In this document: one piece after another, positions 20,024 through 30,571 of the stretch | Layout of the letters: each line of letters begins with the position of its first letter | How positions within the stretch are numbered: the first letter of the stretch is position 1 | From: Candidatus Latescibacterota bacterium | GTDB lineage: Bacteria; Latescibacterota; UBA2968; GCA-2709665 | DNA length: 64,000 nucleotides | NCBI GenBank assembly: GCA_965248435.1 | Contig: OZ252100.1 | Location: 4,480,001 to 4,544,000 of the forward strand | Direction: 5' to 3' | The notes under the pieces: generated by a model | Databases searched by the model: none | Seen by the model: only the letters and a program-made list of their open reading frames with translations | What the model was told of the DNA's origin: nothing | Program-made: the position numbers and the translations under genes

Positions 20024-20713
20024 ATGGTAGAACACCAGAAACGGACAGCCGGAAATGAGATGGGCACGCAGGTCAACCTGCCCATCAGCAAGGCGATTGA
20101 GATCAGTTTTAACAGCGTCAAGATTCGATTCGGTCGATCTTTAATCACGGTAAGCGGAATCGTTCTTTCTATCGCCTTTCTGATGTCGATTTGGACGACC
20201 ACAGCCGTCGTAGACAGCCTCAAAGGGGCCGGCAACAAGGAATTGAATTTGATCCTTCAGCAAAAGGGCATAGACATAGACCCGGACAGCGCCGCTGCGA
20301 GACAGGAAAAGTCGAAGAACAATTGGCTCGTGGTGTTGTCTCTGCTGGTCTGTCTGGTAGGCATCACGAACGCGATGCTGATGTCGGTGACGGAGCGGTT
20401 TCGCGAAATCGGGACAATGAAATGTATGGGGGCCCTTGACGGATTCATCGTCAAGCTTTTCCTGCTGGAGTCGTCTTTTATGGGCACAGCAGGTACCGTT
20501 ATTGGGGCTGTCGTCGGGGTCCTATTGACGCTACTTCTCTCTTATGTGACCTACGGGAAGGTGTTTTTTGTCCACGTACCCTGGACGATGGTCGGACAAA
20601 GTACGATTTTTGCAATCGTGATCGGATCCTTCCTCTCGCTGCTTGGCGGCATTCTGCCGGCCTATAGGGCAGCGAAAATGGAGCCTGTAGACGCAATGAG
20701 CCTAGAAGTCTAA
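20024..20713 (+). CDS. ABC transporter permease (FtsX/MacB-like)
   Basis: GITNAMLMSVTERFREIGTMKCMGA, PAYRAAKMEP. Confidence 0.9.
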   Translation: MVEHQKRTAGNEMGTQVNLPISKAIEISFNSVKIRFGRSLITVSGIVLSIAFLMSIWTTTAVVDSLKGAGNKELNLILQQKGIDIDPDSAAARQEKSKNNWLVVLSLLVCLVGITNAMLMSVTERFREIGTMKCMGALDGFIVKLFLLESSFMGTAGTVIGAVVGVLLTLLLSYVTYGKVFFVHVPWTMVGQSTIFAIVIGSFLSLLGGILPAYRAAKMEPVDAMSLEV

Positions 20714-20787
20714 AAGGCCGTGGATCGTCCGTCGTGTCCTTTCGGACACGACAGGATCGTCGTTCGTGGATCGCAAAATGTGACTCC

Positions 20788-20811
20788 GTAGGGCGAACCT
20801 TGTGTTCGCCC
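20788..20811. repeat. GTAG-type REP (second subfamily)
   Basis: GTAGGGCGAACCTTGTGTTCGCCC; a similar copy lies at 57093-57118. Confidence 0.75.
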
Positions 20812-20895
20812 GTCAATTGGCATTCCTATTCGGTCTCCTGAACAAAGGTTTTCTGCCGCAAGGTTCCTTGATCGCCAGCAATTGAGGGGTTACAC

Positions 20896-21624
20896 ATGGC
20901 TGTTGTAAGAACACTGGATGTGAAAAAGGTCTACACGATGGGTAACATGCGGGTAGATGCCCTCAGTGGCGTGGATCTTCAGGTCGAGCAGGGAGAGTAT
21001 ATCTCCATTATGGGGCCATCGGGATCCGGGAAGAGCACACTCTTCAACATGATCGGTGGATTGGACAAGCCGACCAGCGGGAAGGTCTATATCGATGATG
21101 TAGACGTCGCGCAATTGGACGCCTACGAGCTCGCCTGGCTCCGGTGTCGCAAGATCGGCTACATTTTCCAGTCCTTCAACCTGATTTCCGTGATGACGGC
21201 ACTGGAGAACGTGACGCTGCCAATGGTGTTTGCCGGTCTGACGACCGATGAGGCTCGGGAAAAGGGCGTAGGTCTTTTGGGAAAAGTGGGCTTGGGTGAG
21301 CGGGTTTCTCACAAGCCCTACGAGTTGTCCGGAGGACAGCAGCAGCGGGTCGCCGTTGCCCGTGCCTTTGCGAACGATCCGGCCATAATTCTGGCGGACG
21401 AGCCCACCGGCAACCTGGATCTGGTTACGGGGACAGAGATCATCGAACTCCTACGCAAGATGAACAAAGAATCTGACGTGACGGTAATCTCAGCGACCCA
21501 CGATCATAAGATGCTGAGCGTGTCCGATCGCGTCGTCTGGGTTCGGGACGGAAAGGTGGATCGCATCGTGGATCGAGAAGACCTCAAGATCGAGGTGGGG
21601 ACAATCGACGGGAAAGCGGAGTAG
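20896..21624 (+). CDS. ABC transporter ATP-binding protein (LolD/MacB-like)
   Basis: [28 protein letters not shown]. Confidence 0.95.
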   Translation: MAVVRTLDVKKVYTMGNMRVDALSGVDLQVEQGEYISIMGPSGSGKSTLFNMIGGLDKPTSGKVYIDDVDVAQLDAYELAWLRCRKIGYIFQSFNLISVMTALENVTLPMVFAGLTTDEAREKGVGLLGKVGLGERVSHKPYELSGGQQQRVAVARAFANDPAIILADEPTGNLDLVTGTEIIELLRKMNKESDVTVISATHDHKMLSVSDRVVWVRDGKVDRIVDREDLKIEVGTIDGKAE

Positions 21625-21652
21625 ACAGCCCCTATGAAACGAAGGTGTGGTG

Positions 21653-21683
21653 AAGGGCCCTGGCAGATGATGCCAGGGCCCTT
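21653..21683. terminator. Hairpin between convergent genes (likely bidirectional terminator)
   Basis: AAGGGCCCTGGCA-gatga-TGCCAGGGCCCTT. Confidence 0.7.
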
Positions 21684-21713
21684 TGTACTAGAGGTCTCAG
21701 TTTAGCAGCATAC

Positions 21714-24700
21714 TTATTGTGTTGCCTCGCCCAGATGAGTCTGAAAGGCCTCCCGGGTCTTACGCATCTTTTGGCGGAGGGTCTGCATAAAGTCGTCGGG
21801 CCTAGCAAAGCCCACGGCACGGGAGAGGGCCACCAGGTCACGGTCATTCGATGGCAAGCGGGTTGTTGCCCGTTCGTCTTGTCGGCGCAGCACCTTCTCG
21901 ATACTTCTCAAGAAGATAAAAGCGTCCCTGAGATGTTCCGCCTCTTCGTCGATGAGGATGCCGGCCTCTTCAAGCCGCCCGAGGCTCACCAGGGTATTGG
22001 GACTTCGGAGTTGAGGTGATTCACCTCCGCGCCGGATTTGGAGGATCTGGACAAGGAATTCGATATCCACGATTCCTCCCGGCCCGGTCTTGATGCTGAG
22101 TTGCCCCCCGGAACGCTGCTGTGTCTCTATCCGCCTTCGGATGTCGACGATCTCCCTGACTTCGCTTCCTGACAGCCCGTTTCCCATCACAAAATGCTCG
22201 ATGCGGTCCAGGACCTTGCCCCCAAACTCCCCATCTCCGGCCACGACCCGGGTACGGGACAACGCCAGGCGCTCCCAGACCGCGGCCCGCTTCTGCAGGT
22301 AGCGTTCGTAGCTTTCGAAGGACAGGGCAAGGATGCTGCTTCCTCCCTCCGGGCGGAGCCTGGCATCTACCGGGTAGAGGACGCCGTAGGGCGTGGACTG
22401 CCCGAGCAGATTCAAGATTTTCTGGGCCAGACTGACGAAGAACTGAAGGTTTCCAGTGGAGCGAGATCCGTCTGTAGAACCGTCCTCCGAGTAGACAAAC
22501 ACGAGGTCGAGGTCCGAACCGAAGTTGAATTCCTTTCCTCCGAGCTTACCAAGGCCCAGGATGACGAAGGCGGCCTGGTCTCCCCGGGCGGTTCGGGGAC
22601 GTCCGTGGATGGCTGAGACCTCTTCGCACGCGATGTCGTAGACTTTTCTAAGTACTGTCTCCGCGAGAAGGGTGAGTTCCTCGAAGGTCTGGAATGTGTC
22701 GATGATGCCGACCAGATCTCTGGACCCGATCCGGAGGAGCTCCCGACTTTTGAAATGGTTCAATCCGGCGATTTTTTCTTCGCGAGACTTCGAGTGTCCG
22801 GAGATGGCATCGACTTCCGCCTCCAGTTCTCGAGGACTCGGAACGTGATGCAGGACGCCGGGGACGGTCAATCTGTCGAGCAGGGCCGGGTTTCGGACGA
22901 TCAGGTTGAGGAGGAACGGGCTGCCGTCGCACAGGGAGAGGATGAGGTCACGAAGTCCATCGTTGGTCGCAAGGATGCGGAAAAGGGTGGCGCCGGCGCC
23001 GTAAGCGGAGACGAGGCGGTCCAGATTGCTTAGCGCCCGATCCCGATCGGCCGAGGCCTGGAGCGAGCGCATGAGCGCGGGAACCAATTCGATAAAGCTC
23101 TGACGGGCAAGCGTGCCCCGGATCTTGGGCACGTGTCCGTAGGCGAGGTAGATCAGGTTTTTGTGCGCTTCCTCGGGATTGTCGAAGCCGAGGTCCCGCA
23201 GTGTGGCATTCGCCTCTGGATCTCCAATCTCCATTTCACATAGGGCCCCGATCGATCGGCCGTCTTCACCCTTAGCCTCCGAAAATACGTCTTGATAGAT
23301 CGCCTGAACGGCACTGAGGTGATCCTCCAGGACCTGCTCGTAGGTCGACGATGAAAGGAGGCCGAGGCTGTGCGCGAGGGTTGCCTGCCCGTCGGGACCG
23401 GGTAACGTATAGTCGCTCAAGCCGTGCATCATCTGCAGACGGTGCTCCACGCGCCGAAAGAAGAGATAGGCACTGCGAAGGGCCTCTGCTTCCGTATCGG
23501 TGAGGGCGGAGACCTGGTTGAGCTGGCGGATCGCAGTCAGGGTGCTACCGGAGCGAGCTTCTCCGTGAATACGTCCCACGATCAACTGAAGGCATTGAAC
23601 GATGAATTCGATGTCACGGATGCCGCCCGACCGAAGCTTTAGGTGGGTCTCCCGCTCTCCCCTCCGGCCAAGGCGTTCTTCTATGTGGCCCTTGATCCGG
23701 TGGATTTCTTCAACGGGGCTGACCTTGAAATGGCGTGGATAGATGAAAGGCTGGACGGTTTCGACGAAGTGGTTCCCGAGGGTCAAAGAGCCCGCGCAAG
23801 GACGCGCCTTGATCAGCATCTGCCGCTCCCAAAGCTCACCGCGCCGCGAGTAGTAGCTCTCATACGCCGAGAGCGGCATCGTCACCGCGCCGGAGGCTCC
23901 GTCCGGACGGAGTCTTAGATCGACGCGATATAGGAAACCCTCCTCGGTGGGCTCGGTCGCCGCCTTGAGCAGATGTTCCGCCAGCCGGGAGAAGTAGATC
24001 TGGTTCATAACGGGGCGTCCCTCGGTTCCGCCTCCTTCCGTCTCTCCCTCCTCGGAGTAGACAAAGATGAGATCGATGTCGGAACTGAAGTTGAGTTCCC
24101 GGCCACCCAGCTTCCCAAGGGCAACGACGGCGAATTCTGCACGGTTTCCCCTCCCATCTCTGGGCACGCCGTAGCGGGCGTCCAGCTCTGGTGTGAGCTG
24201 GTCTACCAACTGCTGAAGCACGACATCAGCGAGATCTGAGAGTTCGAATGCGATCTCCTGGATGGGGCGGCCGCCAAGCAGATCTCCGGCGCCGATGCGG
24301 AGCAACTCTCTCCTCGCAAGACGTCTTATGGCGTTCAGACGGGATTCCAACTTCTCTACAGATTGAACGGCTTCGAAGAATTCTGCTTCCAACATTTCTT
24401 TCGCGCAGGGGCCCTTGAGCCTTTGTTCGTCAGTTAGCCGGTAGAAGTATTCGGGGTTTCTGACCAGGATATCTGCGAGGTATTGGCTGCTCCCGATGAG
24501 ACGAAGCAGGAGTCCACACCTTTCTGGTGGGTCTTCCAGAAAGGTGTAAAAGGCGGACCGACCCAGCGCCGCACGCGCCAACCGCTCGAAATTGTTCAGC
24601 GCGCGGTCTGGACTGGGCGTTCGAAAGAGCTCGCGAAAGAATTCCGGAGGCAGAGGAGTTTGTGAAGCAGGGTCGACAAGGCACTCGAGATTCTGGAGGG

Positions 24701-24815
24701 CGCGAACCGGATCCCTAAAGCCGTGGCCAGCCAACTCACCGGCGGCCTGATCCGGTTCCTCTAGAAGCCTTCTTGCTGTGACTTCTGCAGGGTCTTTGGG
24801 GTCAATCAGAGGCAT
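21714..24815 (-). CDS. glnE: Glutamine synthetase adenylyltransferase / adenylyl-removing enzyme
   Basis: Two GKLGG.E.NF.SD.DL nucleotidyltransferase repeats; VDLRLRPDG, KLRSGGIRDIEF. Confidence 0.95.
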   Translation of the reverse strand: MPLIDPKDPAEVTARRLLEEPDQAAGELAGHGFRDPVRALQNLECLVDPASQTPLPPEFFRELFRTPSPDRALNNFERLARAALGRSAFYTFLEDPPERCGLLLRLIGSSQYLADILVRNPEYFYRLTDEQRLKGPCAKEMLEAEFFEAVQSVEKLESRLNAIRRLARRELLRIGAGDLLGGRPIQEIAFELSDLADVVLQQLVDQLTPELDARYGVPRDGRGNRAEFAVVALGKLGGRELNFSSDIDLIFVYSEEGETEGGGTEGRPVMNQIYFSRLAEHLLKAATEPTEEGFLYRVDLRLRPDGASGAVTMPLSAYESYYSRRGELWERQMLIKARPCAGSLTLGNHFVETVQPFIYPRHFKVSPVEEIHRIKGHIEERLGRRGERETHLKLRSGGIRDIEFIVQCLQLIVGRIHGEARSGSTLTAIRQLNQVSALTDTEAEALRSAYLFFRRVEHRLQMMHGLSDYTLPGPDGQATLAHSLGLLSSSTYEQVLEDHLSAVQAIYQDVFSEAKGEDGRSIGALCEMEIGDPEANATLRDLGFDNPEEAHKNLIYLAYGHVPKIRGTLARQSFIELVPALMRSLQASADRDRALSNLDRLVSAYGAGATLFRILATNDGLRDLILSLCDGSPFLLNLIVRNPALLDRLTVPGVLHHVPSPRELEAEVDAISGHSKSREEKIAGLNHFKSRELLRIGSRDLVGIIDTFQTFEELTLLAETVLRKVYDIACEEVSAIHGRPRTARGDQAAFVILGLGKLGGKEFNFGSDLDLVFVYSEDGSTDGSRSTGNLQFFVSLAQKILNLLGQSTPYGVLYPVDARLRPEGGSSILALSFESYERYLQKRAAVWERLALSRTRVVAGDGEFGGKVLDRIEHFVMGNGLSGSEVREIVDIRRRIETQQRSGGQLSIKTGPGGIVDIEFLVQILQIRRGGESPQLRSPNTLVSLGRLEEAGILIDEEAEHLRDAFIFLRSIEKVLRRQDERATTRLPSNDRDLVALSRAVGFARPDDFMQTLRQKMRKTREAFQTHLGEATQ

Positions 24816-24946
24816 CTATCTCGTATTTCGTTTCTCGTAAATCAGACGGCGGCCGGCGGAGGGCAGGCCGCCAGATGGATACCCTTTAGACTTTGGCGGT
24901 CAGCCGTCTGTGGTCTGCGGTCCTGGATGGCTTCTTTGTAGCTTAC

Positions 24947-25516
<570 letters not shown>

Positions 25517-25671
25517 TCAGATGATCAGACTACGTTCAATGCGGGCTCTGACGAAGAGGCCATTCGCGTGGGCTATCAGGAGTATGAGAAGCTGGTGGAG
25601 CCGAAGGCTTTCGACTTACCCCACGTCCAGTCTTAAAGGTGTGGGATGATCGCTCAATAGAGGAGTGCGCC

Positions 25672-26085
25672 ATGAAGGTTTCTGACCTGATGATTCGCGA
25701 TCTGGTCACGATTGGACCGAAAGAGCTCTTGCGCGAGGCATTTCGCAAGATGAATGCCCAGCACATCCGTCACCTTCCCGTCGTGGATGAGGGCCGCCTT
25801 GTCGGGATGATTACCGACCGAGATGTCAGGCTGCATGCGACCTCTTTCGCTGAGATTCGAGGAGAGGAGAAACTCTACACGATCAGCGCCGACGCGGATG
25901 TTAGAGACATCATGACGCGGGATCCGATCGTGACCTTTCCGGATACGGACCTTCGAGAGGTCATCGATCTGTTCCTGGAAGAGAAAGTCGGAGCCATTCC
26001 AGTGGTTACAGATGCCAATGAGCTTGTCGGGATTATCGGGTATACGGATCTGTTGGCCCTTTTGAGTACCGAGTTGAAAGAGTGA
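25672..26085 (+). CDS. CBS-domain protein
   Basis: IRHLPVVD..LVGMITDRD and VGAIPVV..LVGII; RBS GAGGAG. Confidence 0.9.
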   Translation: MKVSDLMIRDLVTIGPKELLREAFRKMNAQHIRHLPVVDEGRLVGMITDRDVRLHATSFAEIRGEEKLYTISADADVRDIMTRDPIVTFPDTDLREVIDLFLEEKVGAIPVVTDANELVGIIGYTDLLALLSTELKE

Positions 26086-26271
26086 TTCAAGGAGACAGAT
26101 ACGCAGACTCTATCAACCCCGAGAATAATTTTTTGAATAGACAGCTGGACTGGTTCTGTGGCAGAACGGGCCCTGGCGAATGAGGTCAGGGCCGTTTGTA
26201 TTGTGGACTGCCTCCACGTGCGTAAGTAACAGATTTTGAACAAGAGCTGGATAGACGATTGACTGTGACTG

Positions 26272-26299
26272 TTGACATTCACCCTTTTGGGTATATCAT
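26272..26299 (+). promoter_or_regulatory. Sigma70-type promoter for the sensor kinase
   Basis: TTGACA-16-TATCAT. Confidence 0.55.
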
Positions 26300-26354
26300 T
26301 CCGGAAGATACGGATTTTCGCTGACCCAAATTCTGAGCCAAGGCCTCGACTGCC

Positions 26355-28116
26355 GTGAGCCTGATCCTCCTGATTTCTATCACGATTCGCCTCTTCGCCC
26401 TGGGCTGGTCTATCGTTCTCCTAAGGCGAATCCGGGACTGGCGAATGGGGGTCTTGAGCGTGATGCTCGCTCTGATGGCGCTGCGGCAAATCCTTACTTT
26501 GTGGGAGCACTCTCAATCAGTAACGAGTTCCGTCACAAGCCAGATCACTGAGCTTCCAGGCCTTGCCGTGAGTGTACTGGCCTTCCTGGCCGTTATCTTC
26601 GTGGAGCGCGTGATTATCGAACGCCAGCAGAAGGATACTGCGATCCAATCCATCCTGGACACCACAGTAGATGGGATCATCACCATCGATGAGCAGGGCA
26701 CGGTTGAGACTTTTAACCCCGCGGCGGAAAGGATATTTGGTTATAGGTCCGATCAGGTTATTGGGAATAACGTCAACATGCTGATGCCCGAGCCCTACCA
26801 CAGTGAACACGATGGTTATGTTACCAGCTACCTACGGACCGGTAGCGCAAAGATCATCGGCATCGGTCGCGAAGTCGTGGGCCTGCGGAAAGACAGAACC
26901 ACGTTCCCGATGGACCTGGCCGTCAGCAAGTTTCGGGTGGGCAACCGGCGAATGTTCACCGGGATCGTCCGTGACATTACAGAACGCAGGCGCACGGAGG
27001 AAGCTCTGCACGAAAGCCAGCAGTCCCTTTCGACCTTGATGAGCAACCTCCCTGGCATGGCCTACCGATGCAGGAATGACATGCATTGGACGATGGGAAT
27101 TCGTGAGCGAGGGTTGTCTTGAGCTCACTGGATACTCTCCTTCTGATTTTATGGCAAACCAGAATGTATCATATGCAGAGCTGATTCACCCGGATGATCG
27201 AGAGCCCGCTTGGGAGTCTGTTCAGGCGGCTTTACGTGAGAATAGGCCGTTTCAGATTGTCTATCGTATCAGGACTGCCCAGCCAAAGGAGAAGTGGGTA
27301 TGGGAGCAGGGCAGGGGGATGCCCGGATCAGATGGAGAGACCGTGCGGATAGAGGGGTTCATCACCGACATTTCTGAACGCAAGCGTCTGGAAGAACAGC
27401 TCAACCAATCTTCGAAGCTTGCGGCTTTAGGTGAACTCGTTGGAGGGATCGCACACGAGGTCAACAACCCTACTGGAATTATTGTGATGCGTAGTGCGGG
27501 GTTGATGAGAGAGGCAGATGCTCAGGGCTTGTCGGAGGATATCATAGATGACATTGAAGTGATTCAGAGGCAGTCTGATAAGATTGCCCAGATCACGTCA
27601 GGACTACTGGCCTTTTCGAGGCAGACACCCTTTTCACCGCTGGAAGTCGATGTCAACAAAATGGTGGCCAATGCTGCAGCCCTGGTTGAAAATGTTCTGA
27701 GGAGCAAGAATATCACCTATCTCCCTGAACTCGTCGATGGGCTGCCATTGGTGACGGCAGACACTACACGGATCGAGCAAGTGCTTGTGAATCTGTTTAA
27801 CAATTCGATGGACGCGATGCCCGATGGCGGAGAACTATGTGTGTCCACGCGGCTAGACGAGGGTACTCAGAACAGACACTACGTCCGGATTTCTGTTAAG
27901 GATACGGGTGAGGGAATCTCAGAAGAGCATCTGGCCCGACTGTTCGATCCCTTTTTTACGACCAAAGAGGTGGGAAAGGGAACCGGCCTGGGACTTGCCG
28001 TTAGCTACGGAATTGTCCAAGAGCACGGCGGCCGCTTTGAGGTGGAAAGCAAATTGGGCGAAGGCGCCGTGTTTCATATTGTTCTCCCCTTTGTTGGGAG
28101 TGATTCCAGGGATTGA
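26355..28116 (+). pseudogene. Membrane-anchored FixL-like heme-PAS/PAS histidine kinase split by a +1 frameshift near 27095 (pseudogene or sequencing error)
   Basis: LMPEPYHSEHDGY...KIIGIGREV..RKD.TTFPM FixL-type PAS; deleting one G in ATGGGAATT restores WTMEFVSEG; H-box GIAHEVNNP; N, G1, F and G2 boxes present. Confidence 0.85.
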
Positions 28117-28120
28117 TATT

Positions 28121-29512
28121 ATGAAAAAAGTGAAAATTCTGGTTGTTGACGACGAAGTGGATATGCTCAGTACATGCAAAAAATTTCTGACTCGTGCTGG
28201 CCATAAAGTCTCAGTAGCAGACCGGGGGAGTCAGGCGCTTGAGATTTTCGATCAGGAGTCCTGTGCCCTGGTGATCACAGACCTGAAGATGCCGGGGATG
28301 AACGGGATGGAGGTCCTGCGAGAGATCAAGAAGCGGCGCCCTGAGACACTTGTGATGATGTTCACCGGCTATGGGACCATTCAGGATGCAGTAATGGCGA
28401 TGAAGGAAGGAGCGTTCGATTTTATCACCAAGCCATTTACACCGGATCAGCTTACAGTTTGTGTAGATCGCGCCTTGAAGCAGCTTCGGCTGGAGGCTGA
28501 GAACAAGGCGCTTCGACAGCAGCTGGAGGAGAAGTTCAAGTTCGACAACATCCTGGGGCAAAGTTCGACAATGCAGCGAGTCTTCGATTCGATCCGGAAA
28601 ATTGCCGATACCCAGGCGAATGTGTTGATCACGGGGGAGAGCGGAACCGGCAAGGAGCTAATTGCCCGAAGCGTTCATGCCAACAGTAGCCGGAAACGGC
28701 AGCCCTTTGTGCCTCTCAACTGCGGCGGAATGCCTGAGCATTTGGTGGAAAGCGAGCTGTTCGGGCACGAGAAAGGGGCCTTTACGGGCGCCGTAGCCAG
28801 CCGGACGGGCTTGATGGAACACGCCAGCGGAGGCACCTTTTGTCTCGACGAAATCAGTGAATTGCCGCTGAACCTCCAGGTGAAGCTGCTTCGGGTGCTG
28901 GAGGAGCGCAAGATCCGCAGGGTTGGGAGCAACAAGGAGACTGAGATCGATATTCGGCTGATCTCCGCAACGAACCGAGACGTGGAGGCAATGGTGAATG
29001 AAGGCACCTTCCGCGAGGACCTCTACTATCGGGTTAATACTTTTGTGATCCACCTACCTGCATTGCGGGACCGTAGGGAGGATATTCCGCTGTTGGCCAA
29101 CCATTTTTTGCAGGAGTACCTCAAGACAACAGAGAAGGAGATTCGTGAAGTGGCCCCAGAAGCTATGGATCTCCTGTGCAAACATTCCTGGCCCGGAAAC
29201 GTCCGGGAGTTGCAGCACGTGATCGAGCGGGCTGTGGCCTTATCGTCATCCCGTCAGATCGAACCCGAAGATCTTCCCGAGGGACTTGGACATGCGAGAT
29301 CTGGAAAGATCGAGCCTGAGCAGTTCGAACTCCCATTCAAGGAGGCGAAGGAGAAGGTTATTGAAGCTTTTGAGCGGTCCTATGTTGAACAGCTTCTTTC
29401 AAAACATGGGAAAAATATCTCGCGGGCGGCGCAGCAAAGTGGCATAGACAGACGGTCATTGCACCGCCTACTGGCCAAACACGAAATTGATGCTTCGTCT
29501 TTTGACGCATAA
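28121..29512 (+). CDS. Sigma54-dependent (NtrC-family) response regulator
   Basis: Receiver VDDE..DLKMP; GESGTGKE, ESELFGHEKGAFTGA, FREDLYYR, WPGNVREL; Fis-type HTH. Confidence 0.97.
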   Translation: MKKVKILVVDDEVDMLSTCKKFLTRAGHKVSVADRGSQALEIFDQESCALVITDLKMPGMNGMEVLREIKKRRPETLVMMFTGYGTIQDAVMAMKEGAFDFITKPFTPDQLTVCVDRALKQLRLEAENKALRQQLEEKFKFDNILGQSSTMQRVFDSIRKIADTQANVLITGESGTGKELIARSVHANSSRKRQPFVPLNCGGMPEHLVESELFGHEKGAFTGAVASRTGLMEHASGGTFCLDEISELPLNLQVKLLRVLEERKIRRVGSNKETEIDIRLISATNRDVEAMVNEGTFREDLYYRVNTFVIHLPALRDRREDIPLLANHFLQEYLKTTEKEIREVAPEAMDLLCKHSWPGNVRELQHVIERAVALSSSRQIEPEDLPEGLGHARSGKIEPEQFELPFKEAKEKVIEAFERSYVEQLLSKHGKNISRAAQQSGIDRRSLHRLLAKHEIDASSFDA

Positions 29513-29571
29513 CTCTTTCGCGCCTTAGGGGGCGGAACCGTCGCCATTTTTTAAGGTTGTGGGAAAACGCC

Positions 29572-29602
29572 ACCTCCTGCCTTTTGCGCAGGGGGTTTTT
29601 TT
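29572..29602 (+). terminator. Intrinsic terminator
   Basis: ACCTCCTGC/GCAGGGGGT stem followed by a T tract. Confidence 0.7.
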
Positions 29603-29612
29603 ATCTGCTATT

Positions 29613-29650
29613 TGAGACATCGGTGTCCCAACCGGGACGCACAGTCCACA
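29613..29650. promoter_or_regulatory. Candidate enhancer (UAS) 1, tandem palindromes
   Basis: TGAGACA-tcgg-TGTCCCA plus weaker CGGGACG-caca-GTCCACA starting 20 bp later. Confidence 0.7.
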
Positions 29651-29748
29651 AAGGAAAGCAATGAGGTCTGTTTCTCGGTCGAACACAATATCTATATATC
29701 TAATTACAATTCAATAATTTATGTTATGTCTTCTTGGATCACGACAAT

Positions 29749-29763
29749 TGGTACGAAGGTTGC
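29749..29763 (+). promoter_or_regulatory. Sigma54 promoter 1
   Basis: TGGTAC-gaagg-TTGC, preceded by an AT-rich tract. Confidence 0.8.
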
Positions 29764-29822
29764 GAATGGGTCTTTTGGAAAGTGTTCGTGTCCAGGCAGG
29801 TTTGGCTCTAAGGAGGTTCGAT

Positions 29823-30350
29823 ATGCAGCCGCAGAGAGTTTTTCACAACAATCCACGCGTACGGATGGACAAGGCACAGGTAGATGTCCTCGATGTGAGT
29901 ACCCAGTGTTCCTACGCCTGCGTGGAAAAGGTGGCCGGCTTGGTACAAAAAGTCGCCACGTGGATCGATATGCCCAATGAAGACAAGCAGGCTGTGGTGA
30001 AAGCCGTTACGGAGGCCGTGCAGAACGCGATTTGTCACGGAAACCGCGAAGGTGAGAGCAAAATGATTCGCGTTCGGATCCAGACCGCACCCTCCGAAAT
30101 CACCGTTTTTGTGAGGGATGACGGAAAAGAGTTTGAGGTCGAGGCGGTGCCGGATCTCATTGATCCGCAGCATCGGAATAGCCCTCACGGACGGGGCATG
30201 AATGCGCTTATGGACGATGTGAAATTCTTCTCATTGGGCAAGGGGGGGTCGTTGGTCAAAATGACGAAGCGATTCATCCCGCAGGAGGTAATAGCTCAGT
30301 CAAAAGGTTGTGGAAGGCGAAGAAAGGAGGTAGAGTTGGTTTGTCTGTGA
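29823..30350 (+). CDS. RsbW-like anti-sigma factor / HATPase_c protein
   Basis: AVTEAVQNAICHGN, VRDDG..F, HGRGM; RBS AGGAGG. Confidence 0.85.
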   Translation: MQPQRVFHNNPRVRMDKAQVDVLDVSTQCSYACVEKVAGLVQKVATWIDMPNEDKQAVVKAVTEAVQNAICHGNREGESKMIRVRIQTAPSEITVFVRDDGKEFEVEAVPDLIDPQHRNSPHGRGMNALMDDVKFFSLGKGGSLVKMTKRFIPQEVIAQSKGCGRRRKEVELVCL

Positions 30351-30571
30351 AAGTGGACCAAAGAGGAGATCTGATCGAACAAGCCGTGCAGGACATTATG
30401 ATGGGCCGGTTTAATGTTGTGGAGCTAATCAAAATGTACGGGGACGAAGTGGGGCTTAAGCTGGCCAATATTTTGTCAGCATTTAGGTTCGGAATGCTTC
30501 CCAGCGCGCGAGTTTCCGATCTGATTCACGAGAATATCGTGTCCTTCAGTAGAGAGGTCTCCCGTGTCTGA
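30347..30571 (+). CDS. Small hypothetical protein
   Basis: GTG overlaps the upstream stop, RBS AAGGAGG upstream, coupled to the next gene. Confidence 0.45.
   Translation: MKVDQRGDLIEQAVQDIMMGRFNVVELIKMYGDEVGLKLANILSAFRFGMLPSARVSDLIHENIVSFSREVSRV

Noticed and set aside
20818-20832. Sigma54-like TGGCAT-N5-TTCG before the ABC ATPase
   Set aside because: Lacks the -12 GC, has no enhancer palindrome, and lies inside an operon
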